Shown: positions 22,521-37,825 of the stretch, piece after piece | Position numbering within the stretch: position 1 is the stretch's first letter | Layout: each line of letters starts with the position of its first letter | Assembly (NCBI GenBank): GCA_051294375.1 | Contig: CM119268.1 | Location: 3,952,644 to 4,009,552 of the forward strand | Length of the DNA stretch: 56,909 nt | Direction: 5' to 3' | From: Paraspadella gotoi | Taxonomy: Eukaryota; Animalia; Chaetognatha | Notes under the pieces: model-generated | Databases searched by the model: none | What the model saw: the letters and a program-made list of their open reading frames with translations, nothing else | Told to the model about the DNA's origin: nothing | Program-made: the position numbers and the translations under genes

Positions 22521-24509
22521 TTTTATTATTATAAATATTAATAATTTAATATTATTATCAGTTTTTAAATGCTAACGAAAAATTTTTAAGTTACTAAATG
22601 CATAAATCACCTTTTTCTCAGATAAAATGAGGCAGTAAACTATTATATTAGGACCAAGTTGTCTCATTTTGTCGATCTCTGATTTTATAGGGAAAAACAA
22701 AGAAGTTTTGTTGATCCCTGCATATTTTGTCGATTTTTATTTTTTCTCGTCGAAAACTTTTTTTTCCTACTGCAAGTCTGCATGGCCCAATCTAACACAC
22801 AATTGCTTGCGTAAATAAACTCAATAAGTAATTATTTTAACTCTAGGAATTCGCGATAATCGTAAACTGTTTCCATAATTTATTTCCTTTTAATGTAGGT
22901 GATAAATAGATATCACGAGTAAACATACGCAGGTATCTCGAATCTTAATTTAATTTAATTTAAATCGAAAAAAAAACAACCTGCATCCGATATTTTTAAA
23001 TCTCCTATTCGAGTCATCGACCTTTTAACCAAAGAAATATTTGAAATTATTTGAAAACGATAATGTATTAAATAAATGTTTGTATCGATAGAATTCGAAT
23101 CGAGAAAAGAGGCGAGGGATCGATGCTGTTTCCCGAAAGCGATGACCTTAACCCCGATCTCTAATCCTAATCTCTAACCAAATCCCTAACTTAAAATCCT
23201 AATCCCTAACCTTAATCTTTAACCCAAAAGCGATGACCTACTGTGGAATCCATAATCCATAACCCGATCTCTATTCCTAAATCCTAATCACTAACCAAAT
23301 CCCTAAGTTAAAATCCTAATCCCTAACCTTAATCTTTAACCCGATCTCTAACCATAATCCCCTTTCTAATATAATTTAATTTTAATCTTTAACCGTTTGA
23401 TTGGCGAAATCATTTGATATTTGTGAATTTGATTGATATAATAATTATGCTTTTAAATTGCTTTGTTTTTCTACTTTCCTCCTTTCGACGCCTCCGTGTT
23501 CCTGTCGTTGAGAGATGAGTTTTAACCATGAGACGCTATTAATTTCTCTTTTTAAACATTAATTATTCTGGAGTCTCCTTTTGTTTATGTTTTGTTAAGA
23601 AGACCTTGAAAAAAAAGGCCAGGGACGTCGAGATAAAAAATGAAAAAATAGGAACGAAAATAAAAATAACAATAAAATTAAAAATCTTCATTCTCTTTTC
23701 TCACACTTGAATGATCATCGGGAAATAAAAGAATATTGTGGGGGAATATTTCTCATTTAAATAAGTTTTAAATAAACAAACATAAAAAATAAATACTTGT
23801 TGATACTAATTATTTCATCGCATTAAGTTTTTTTCTTAAATTCTTCTTTATAATTTGTTGTGATCTACTCTATGCAGCTATATCCATCTATTCTTATAAT
23901 GTCACCAATTTAAAAAAACTGGGTAATTAAAATCGTCTCTCTCTCTGTCAGACCGTAGGACCACGAGAGGGCCGCTCCTCGCCTCGTAAAAATTATTTTC
24001 GCCTTACGAAGAAGATGATAACAAATTAAAAGAAAAGAAAATAAAAGAAAAGAAAAACGACAAAAAACTTCAAAAGAAAAAAGAAAATATTTTCAGGAGA
24101 CTGGAGCAAGTAGTATTTAAAGAATTTACGTTCCTCTCTGTCTCTATCTCACTCTCTCTTCCGCTCGATTCCTGTCCTTCTCTTCTTCGTAAGAAACAAA
24201 AGACTAAACGACTCAACTTTTCTTCCATCGCGAAATAAAAGATCGAACCTTCTCCAATTACTGTTGCCCGAATCAATCCTCGATTTTAAAATAATTAAGT
24301 GACAATAACTTAAAATGAACTAAAGAAAACGGTCAACAAAACGTCACAAAACACTTTTTGGAAAAAGAGAGAGAAAAAAAAACTGTTCGCCTTCAAAATT
24401 TGTATCGTCCTATGTTTTTATTCCTTTCCTTTCTTCTTCTCTCCCAAAACAAAAAAAAAACATTAATAACATATACAACAACAACGACGACAACAACAAC
24501 AGCAACACC

Positions 24510-27994
<3,485 letters not shown>

Positions 27995-28807
27995 TCCAGA
28001 GGAGGGAGGGAGAGAGAAGGAGAGAGAGAGAGAGAGAGAGAGAGAGGTTTTCTGGTTGTTGATCGCGCGTTGCTCTTTTTTTTTCTTCATTTTTTTTCGG
28101 AAGAGGTTGGGAGAGGGAACTGGTTATGGTGATGTAGTCCATGATGTAGTCCGTGATGTAGTCCGTGATGTAGTCGATCTATCTCGAGTCTAGAATTAAA
28201 ACAACGCGTTTAGGCTTTGGTTTATATTTTTCTAAAAAAATAACTTGTATAGTAATAAATATTTTTTTAAAGTTTATAATTATTATCATAATTACATAAA
28301 AACGTAGAAAAAGAAACTTAGACCAAAGCCGACGCGCTAATTTCATTCCCAGTCTTTAATACATTTTGTTTAAATCGATTTAATATTTTAAATAGATCTT
28401 ATTAATTCTTGTTCTTTTATGTTTGAAATTCATATCATTACTTAAATTTGTTCATGATGATGTTCTTTAATTTGTTACTTATGATTCTTTAATTTGTTCA
28501 TGACGATGTACAGAGATGTACTATAAATTCAAAGTTCCGATTGCTAAATTTGATAATTTTGATCGTATTCAGTGTACGTACATGCGAAATTATAATTGTG
28601 TATTCTACTAACTGCCGTATGTTTTGTTTAAAAAAAATCTCGCTGCGCTAAAGACAGGGCACCCGGAATAGGATTTAACTATATCAGTATATGGTAGGAA
28701 CATTTAAAAGAATTCAAAGAATATAGTATGAGATTAGAAAAGAAACAAGGAGTTCTTAAAATTAAATTGAAATTTAGCATCTTAAAATAAGACATACCAT
28801 ATAGTAA

Positions 28808-29010
28808 TGAAATTGGTACAACCAATATAAAAATTATCCATTCATTTAATAAATAAGCTATCTTGCCCCTGACTTTAGACAGGCTTTGGTGGTTTAAAGC
28901 CTCCGTCACTCTTACAAGATAATGACATAGCAGGTCCCTGCAAGCTTTCAATCAAGTCTCTCTCACTGTCTCGTTTAATCACTCCCAGAGTAAATGGCTT
29001 CCCTATCAAT
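28808..29010 (+). repeat. Full-length copy of the ~190-bp dispersed repeat family
   Basis: Near-identical to 18335-18530. Confidence 0.9.
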
Positions 29011-29184
29011 GAAGTGGTATAATATTTCCAAGAATGTTTCAATTGTATGAAAAGTATTATAAAATTATAGTATCCTACAAACAACAGCAAAATTTCAAAA
29101 AAATTCGATCGATCTGAACCGGAAAGAATTGCGAATTTACACGACTCTCTCTTTAACGCTCAATCTTGCCTTCTTTCCCTTCGG

Positions 29185-29243
<59 letters not shown>

Positions 29244-29346
29244 TCCTTTCCTTTCTCTCCTCTCTTCCTAACAATTCTCATAAAATTCCCTCCATCCCTT
29301 TCCTTCCTAGAAACCTTTCGCTCTACGCCCTCCCCTTCCGTCGCAC

Positions 29347-29397
<51 letters not shown>

Positions 29398-29532
29398 TGC
29401 TCTCACGCGCGCGGGAAATCGGGCGATAAGCGTCGAACCATAAGCGATAATCGAAAAGGGAAACTGGGAAAAGATTTTGAGTTTTGAGGGAAAGAAATTT
29501 CGTTGAAGAGAAGTAAACAAAAAAACTTGACG

Positions 29533-29641
<109 letters not shown>

Positions 29642-29999
29642 AACCAGGATACAATGTTGATAACGAATGACGTGATGCTAATTTTAAAACATCACAATCT
29701 CTTTATACAATTCTAATCCCAATCTCTTTGGCCAAATTCCCAGTTTAATTGTTTTCCGGAAACATATCATCGTATCAATTTTTTTTGTTTTTAACAAATT
29801 CCAGTTAAAAACAGCTTGGAGTTAAACAAATAAGAGAGAACTTATTACGAGAGCGATTATAAACATGAACTGCCTTGTTTAGTTACGATCTCTGTGAAAA
29901 AAGTTGAATGTTGGGCATTAAAATCGATATAAATATTTAAATACTATGTACTCATAGTTCATAACTATGCATACTCTCTCTCTCTCTTAATTATGCATA

Positions 30000-30116
<117 letters not shown>

Positions 30117-30598
30117 ACGCCTTTAAAAATTCAATTCCTGAGCCAAACCTCTAGCGGTCGTCGTCTATTATCTAAATTATTCGAAGGAAAATTGTTTTCT
30201 TAACGATAGTTTTACTTTTTGGTCGAAGGACGAACACATTTTTTTTTTAATTTCAAGGTTAACGAGGAAAAAAGTCGAAATACCGTGACAGTATTTATTT
30301 TTTAAAAAATGCTCTTCGCTGTACAGCAAATCAAAATAAATTTGAAGGGAAAAAGAGGAGCAAAGTTTGATTTGTTAAATAACTTATTATTCCGTGAGAT
30401 ATTTTAATAATATCGGTTATGAACGAGATTTGATATCGACTTTATTAGATTTAGAGTAATAATATAAGTATGTAGGAAAAATAAGAAATGGCAGAAGGCA
30501 GGAAAAAACTAAAATGAAGATATTAAAAATAAAAAGAAGAATGAAAAAAATATAGAAAGAGGAAAAATTAGAAAAGAAATAAAGAAAGAATAGAAAAA

Positions 30599-30649
<51 letters not shown>

Positions 30650-31324
30650 GAAAAGAGAGCGAGAGAGAGCGAGAGAGATTATTTTTCATCGTTTCCCCTG
30701 TCGTCGTCGTCGTCGTCGTTGTCGTCGTCGTCGACATTCTCTCGAGCGAGTTCCTGAGAAATTACCTTCTTTCAAATTTCTTTGCGGTTTTTTTTTTTTT
30801 TTTTTTTTTAAATCGCGATGACGACGATTTGCGTCGAAAGTCGGATTGCGAGAAAGAGGAAGGGGGGGGTTATTTCGTTGTCGTTGTTATCATTCTTGTC
30901 GTAGTTGAAGAGCGTCGACTTCACATTTCCTCATAACAAATTCCTAAAGTCCAGATCCGATCACTAATTTAATAAAAAATAATATATATATATATAAAAT
31001 ATTTTCCTGACGACGCGTCGTCGTCCAATTTCAAAACGCATTCGAGAAACAAAAGGAAGAGAAGAAAGAATAGGGAAAGAAGAAAAAAATGGAAAGAAAA
31101 AAGAAAAGGAAAAGAAGAAACAAAAGGGAAAAAAAAAGAAGAAAAGAAAAAAAAAATCGATTTTTTTCTTTTTTTCTTTTTCTCTTTTTTTCTTCCCTTT
31201 TTTCTCGCTTTTCATTTTTCACTTTGTTCTTCCTTCTCCTTTTTAAAAACGTCTAAAATTAATCTAAACTTGCAAAGTTCAAAGTAAAAATATGTGGAGT
31301 GGTCTTTTCATACAATTGAAACAT

Positions 31325-31497
31325 TCATTGATAGAAAAGCCAGGTACTCAGGAGTGAATGAAGGAGACTGTGAGTGAGTCTTGATTGAAAGCTTGCAGGG
31401 ACCTGCTATGTCATTATCTTGTAAGAGTGATGGAGGCCTTAAACCACCAAAGCCTATCCAATGAATGGATAATTTTTATATTTGTACCAATTTCATA
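31325..31497 (-). repeat. Inverted, internally deleted copy of the ~190-bp dispersed repeat; further fragments at 41698-41765 and 52575-52790
   Basis: aagccaggtactc...gagactgtgag.gagtcttgattgaaagcttgcagggacctgctatgtcattatcttgtaagagtgatggaggccttaaaccaccaaagcct is the reverse complement of the 18335-18530 copy. Confidence 0.85.
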
Positions 31498-31784
31498 TAA
31501 GAAAGAATTGACTAATAAACAAATATACAAAATAATCAAGTAAACATGACTCAGTTCCCGACGTGACGATTTTTTTAATGGTTCAGTTTAAAAAAAAAAA
31601 AAAGAGACAAAAGTCATTTTAAATCACACACTTTTTTTTTTAAATCGAGGAAAACCTAAGAAGGTCGAGGATAAGAAACCGCGTTTTACTCAATTTTAAC
31701 CGTTCGCAAATTCGGCAACGACAATGCCATCTGACAACGCCATCTGACAACGCCATCTGCAAATGACATCTTCCTTCGTTCGAA

Positions 31785-34700
31785 TCACAATTCCCATTCG
31801 AAGAACTTGTTGGCGAACGAAGAGGCCGCCGCCGCCGCCGCTGTCGTCGCTGTCGCCGCCGCAGCTGGAGTAGACGTCGATACAGCAGTCGCCGCCGCCG
31901 CCGCCACGGCCGCCGGCGACGACTGATGCTCCCACTTCATCGACGCCGTGTTCCACCGCCAACCGGCGACGGAGCCGACGCCGCAGCCTCCCGCGCCGCA
32001 ACTTCCCGCACCGCAGCCGCCCGCGACGCCGCAGCTGCCGGAACTGCAGCCGTCGAGTACGCGTTTGACGCAGCTCTGACCGACAATCTCTGTTGAGTCC
32101 GACGCCGAAGCCGACGAACAAGCCGACGCCGATCCACAACGTCCGTATTTACCGGATCCGCCTCCGGAAGATCGAGATCTTCCTCCTCCACTTCCTCCTC
32201 CTCCTCCTCCACCGCCTTTTCTGAATCCTCCTCCTCTTCCTCCTCCCCTTCTCCCTCTCTTACCCTGCTCCTCCTCCTCCTTCTCCCTCCCTTCCCCCTC
32301 CTCCTCCTCTTCCCCCTCCTCCTCCCATCCCCAACCGCTTACATTCCATCCTTGCCTCTCCTTCCTCCCCCTCTTCCTCCCCACCCTCCTCCTCCTCCTC
32401 CTCCTCCTCCTCTCTTCCCAGTTTCTGCTTTCTTCCCTCTCTCTCGTCCTAGGTCCAGGTCCCTGTTGTGGCGTTGAATGTGGGCGTGGATGCTGGTTGT
32501 GGTGGCGACGGGGCTGAAGGCCTCGCGACACACGGGGCAGGCGCGGGGCCGGTCGGGGTCTGGGGTTGTGGGGGGAGGGGAACGGGGGGGTGTGTAGAAG
32601 ATGAGGGGGGGTAGGCGGGGGAGTTAAGGGATGAGAGGTTTCGAAAAGGAGGGAGGGGAGTTTACGTTTAAGGGGAAGGGAGGATTGTTTCGTCACAATA
32701 AAATTCGGAACAACTCTTCTCTGAACGGTAAATAATCTTCTATAATTAAAAATGACTCTGAAAGTTCAATTAACGTATTTTATTTGTTATTGATTAATTA
32801 TATCATAACAAAAGATTATTTAAAAAAAAATCATACAATCCTTTAAAAAGTAGTATGATATTATTTTTTAAAATCACTTTAACTTGTTTAAACTTTTTAA
32901 CAATTTTTATATTTTCAATATGTTTAATAATATTATAATTAAAAATAATATGAAACAATGAACGTTTAACCAGCCTAAAATTCTTGAAAAAGAATTTTGA
33001 GACTGAGCAATAAGAATGGATCATTACTCACGATTGTAGCTATAAAATGTTAAATCAATTTTCTGTATTTTTTCTTGTAAAATTGTTTATCAAAAGCCTC
33101 ACTGCCAAGCCATAGTTTTTGATGGAACCTTTGGATTGGCTGCGTTTTCCTTTGAAACGATGTGAATTTTTGTCTGCGTGTCTGAGAGAAAATTAAGTAA
33201 AAACTACTATTAAATTTTATTTCATTCAATTATATTTCTTTTCATTCACCGATGCTCTTTTTTTGGTTTTTCCAACTCCATCCTTCGTCCATCGTCGTTC
33301 AGCGCCATCTCTTTTGTTTCCAATCGAAGAAAAACAGGAAGGAATAAAAGAAAACAAAGGAACGTTTTAGAAACGCATTTTACTCGGAAACAAAAAAAAA
33401 GGAGAGAAAACACTATTTTTTTTCTTTTTTTATTTCGCGAAATAGAAAATGCAGAAACTCGCCGAAGCAGACTAGCACGCCTATTCTACTGGAATCGACG
33501 AAAACAAATCAGAAAAAAAAAGCGTTTTCTCTCTTTCTTTTTTTTTTGCCTCTTTATTCTTATCAGAAAAAAAAAACAGAAAAAAAAAACAACGAAATTG
33601 AATAAAAAATTTCATATAAAAAACGAAAAACTTGATATTTTCGAAGCCTCTTTCTCCCGCTCTCTCTTTCTCTCCCTCTATCTCTCTTTTTATCTTTTGA
33701 TCGCGTATCCAGGACCTTTTCCGGCGTTGAGCGCCGCTTTATTCGACGCCGATCCGAAAAGCGGCGTGGTTTTCGTCGGCGACACGAAACGCCTGACGTG
33801 ACCGACGCCGACGCCGCTTCCACCGCCTCCACCGTCGTCCGAAGTCCAAGAATGACCCGAGGCGCAGGCTTCGTCTCGATGATGTGGCGCCGGGAAAGGC
33901 TCGTGGCCCAATGAGACGCGATCGGCGCTGCCTAAGAGTCCTGCCGCGGCGGCGGCGGCGGCGCGGTCGCTTCCGCTGCCGCTGACGTTCTTCAAGCGTC
34001 GCGCCGACTCGACCTTCTTCAGAGCGTCTCTCACCTTTGATTAGGGGTTGCGGTGGAAGAGGATTTCAAATCTTTCTGGATGTTTTGACGCAGACTAGAT
34101 GATTATAATTAAAACAAAGAATCAAAAAACAAATCATTGTCGAAATAAAATAACTACCCCGTGTCCGTTCGCGAGTAACACCAAAAATATTTACTATACT
34201 TTAAATATTTAATAAATATAATTTATAAGTATATCATTAGTTGCAGAACTAATGGACGTTTTTTATGTATGAGTTTCAGTTCGTGTTAAATTCATTTACT
34301 ATTATTTTTTTTTTTTTTATCTAACACAGTAAAATTGGCGAAAAAAAGACCATTTTAGGCGTGTTCTTGATTGAATTTTAATCATAAAAAATCTCTTTTA
34401 ATGGTCTAATAAATGGCATATATGAATTATCGTAATGTTGAATAACTTTGAGTAATGATTTTTTATTTATTTTTTTAATTGTAAATCTTAAGTTTTCTTT
34501 ATACAATTCGTCCAACTAGAAAATAGTAGTTGGGTTCAAACAATGTTTTAATTTTTTTATTCTTTGTTTCCTGGATTTTCTTTTAATATTTTATTGAATA
34601 TTTTATTGTATTCATTTATCTTTATGCCCGCCCGACCTCCCGCACTCCCTCTCCACCTTCTCCATCCTGGCTTGGAGAGTCTGTCTCTCGTTGACGATGA

Positions 34701-37039
34701 TCTTGGAGAGGCTCTCGACTCGGTTGGCCGCCTTGGAGGCTTCTTGCTTCATCTTGGCCACGGCTTCCTTCAACTTTGAGATCTCCAGAGTTTGAGTCTC
34801 CAGGTTTTTCTCCGCTGTCTCCGCTCTGGGAGTCAGGGAGTAGGAGGGGAGGTGGCAAATTTTTTTTACACCGCCAATATTCGCGGAGAAACACTATAAG
34901 TCACTTTTCAGTCGGTCTGTCGGTCTGACATTCGGTTGGTCTGTACGTCGGTCAGTCCCACTTACGTTAAAAATTCTCATAACTTGCCTTTAGTTGGTTG
35001 CTCATTTATTAAGACAGGAAAAAAAACCTCAAATCTAAGTGACTGCTCGCGCCTCCTTCAGGAAATTCTAAAACTATAAATAATAATTAATAAAAGACAT
35101 AATTCCGATGCAGTGCGGCATAAATACAAATACAATATAAAGACGTTTGTTATACATAAATTTCGTAAGTCATATAGTAATGTGATCACAGGGAAATACA
35201 CTGTAATACATTGGATGGACCGATCTTATATTTCTATTCGTGTCTTTTGTCTTTTCTATTATGTTATTGAGATTTGAATCAAGTTGTGATGCTTTGCTTT
35301 CCTTAGTTTTTTTTATTGTACGTAATAGAGCAATGAAGAAAGTAGGCGTGGTTTATTACGGATAATTTATAGTAGAAGAAAGGCAGAAATGCCAAACGAG
35401 ACAAGCGAGACAAGCTACACGATCAATCTGTTTCCTGCGATGAGAGTAATAGAGTAATAGAGTAATAGAGTAAAAATGATTCTATCGTATTTCTAAGTTT
35501 ACAATTTAGTTTAATAAAGTATTATTAAAGTGTTTGGTTCACCTTTTTCATCATTCTTTGTTTATTAAACGTTTTTGTCATTGTGTCAGTGTGTCTTTCG
35601 TTATCTGCTAAACTATTGCGCCTCGTCAAATCGACAAGTTTGTACCCGATCCCCGATCCCCGATCCCCGATCCCCGATCCCTTAGAACAAGTTCGTTGTT
35701 CCCATCCGAACCTCACGCCGTCCGTTGTGTCACGTACAACAATCTCTTCGACATCATCCCTCATCCTTCTCCATCACCTCCTGAGAGCGTCCTGCCTCTC
35801 CTTCTCCAGCCGACCCAGCGTGTGATGGAGATGATCGATAACTCCGCTCTGATTGGTCAGTTTCGCCCGCAGCGCCCCCTTCTTTCGACTCTCGCTCGTG
35901 TTCCATCCGGTCCGATCCAACTCTACGATTTTACCTTTTTTTTTAGAGAGAGATAAAATTTTCACGTATGAACGGACAAAAACACAAAAAAAAAAACCCA
36001 CAAATAATCTGACACGATTATCGGGATTTTGTGTCAGTTGATTTTAGCTTCTCGAACCAGTGACGAAATCATTAGACCGATCGGATATTCCAGTGGCTAC
36101 GCAAAGTCGGTAAAAGTTTCAAAAAAAGGATAAGTTAAAGTAACGATAGTAACATGATAAAATTATTTATGAAAAAAAGTATTATTTTAAATGATTATTC
36201 ATGAAAAAAAGTATTATTTATAAATGATTATTTATGAAAAAAAGTATTATTTTAAATGATTATTTTTATAAATAATAGAGAATGGCATCACAAGTCAAAA
36301 TAAAAGGACAAAAGGACAAAGGTTGAGACTAAGAAGACGACGACGCAATTTCTAACGACGACGAAATCTAAAAAAAAAACAAGGACAAAGCCGACCATCG
36401 CCTTGCCCCCCCCCCTCATCGCCACTCCTCCGCTAGCGCCAACACACCCTCAACGCCATCACAACCGCCTCGTTCAACCACCCGCCGCCCGCCCAGCGCC
36501 ACCTTTGCCCGGTGCTTCTATCGTCGTCGTCTCTCCGTTCTCCTTCTTCATCTCTCGATATCCTTTGGTCGAGAGGGTGTAGTGGATGTTCTCCACGTAT
36601 CTGAAGAACGGGAGAATCATGAGGAGAACGGAGGAAGAAGATTAAAGGGGAAAGGCGAACGAAGAAGATAGGGAGAACGAGAATATGAAGAGTACGACGA
36701 GGCGGGTGAAGGAGAATTAGGAAAAGTGGAAGAAGATGAGTAGGAGAACGAGGAGGAAGAAGATTAAGAGTAAGAGGGTGAAGAAGAATTATGAAAAGTG
36801 GAAGAAGATGAGTGGGAGAATGAGGAGGAAGAAGATTAAGAGTAAAAGGTTGAAGGACAATTAGGAAAAAAGGGCAAGTGCGCCAAAAAGAAAGAGGAAG
36901 TAGATGTCCCCCAACACTACACTACACACCAGTGGGAGGGATTGAAGAGAGCGGGGGAGAAAAAAGAATCAGGCCACCCCAACGAACTCTGCCGTAGCAA
37001 ATAGGATCAAAATAGGAAAATAATAAGAAAATCCGCTAT

Positions 37040-37132
<93 letters not shown>

Positions 37133-37133
37133 C

Positions 37134-37165
<32 letters not shown>

Positions 37166-37786
37166 GCAATTTCTCGGTAATCTCGTCACGCCCCTTAATC
37201 CTGTATTGATAGTAAAGAAGAGTCGCTCGTTCGTCGAAACTCGTAAATAGAATTAAGGGGATGCGAAGATTCTGACCGGAGGATTTTCCCTGCTTTTGTT
37301 TTTTTTTTCCCCACCTTTTTTTTCTGTCTTTTTTCTTTCTATATTTTTTCTTTCTGTCTTTTTTCTTTCTGTCTTTTTTCTTTCTGCCTTTTTTCTGTTT
37401 ACTCTTTAAGTCATTCATTCGTTATTTTCAATAAAATATTTTTGGCCTAATATATCTTCCTCCTATCTCTTTTTATATTTATTTTACTCTTCTTTATTCT
37501 TAGTTTTTTTTTCTCGCTTCATTTTAATGTTCTTTCTCCATTTCCATATTTTTCTCTTCGCTCCTTACCGTTAACCAACTTTTACCCCCACCAACTTCCC
37601 CACCCCCCTCTCTCTCGCTCCACTCACTCGTGCAGATCTTTTAGCTCCTTCTCCTTCGCTCCTACTTCCTCCTTCAACTCCTGCATCTCCGACTCGTAAG
37701 CTTCCATCCTCGTCGAGTTTTCGTGCATCTGTTGTCGCACCTCCATCACTTCCTCTGCGCGAGGAAACAGGTGTAAAGATTAACGT

Positions 37787-37825
<39 letters not shown>

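Noticed and set aside
23136-23355. CCCTAA-like repeats as an interstitial telomere
   Set aside because: They are highly degenerate and embedded in a longer duplicated unit, which fits a TE-internal repeat better.
29400-29520. CpG-containing segment between GA tracts with a possible donor at 29513, as the first exon of another gene
   Set aside because: I found no downstream plus-strand exons or ORF, so it cannot be supported without transcript data.
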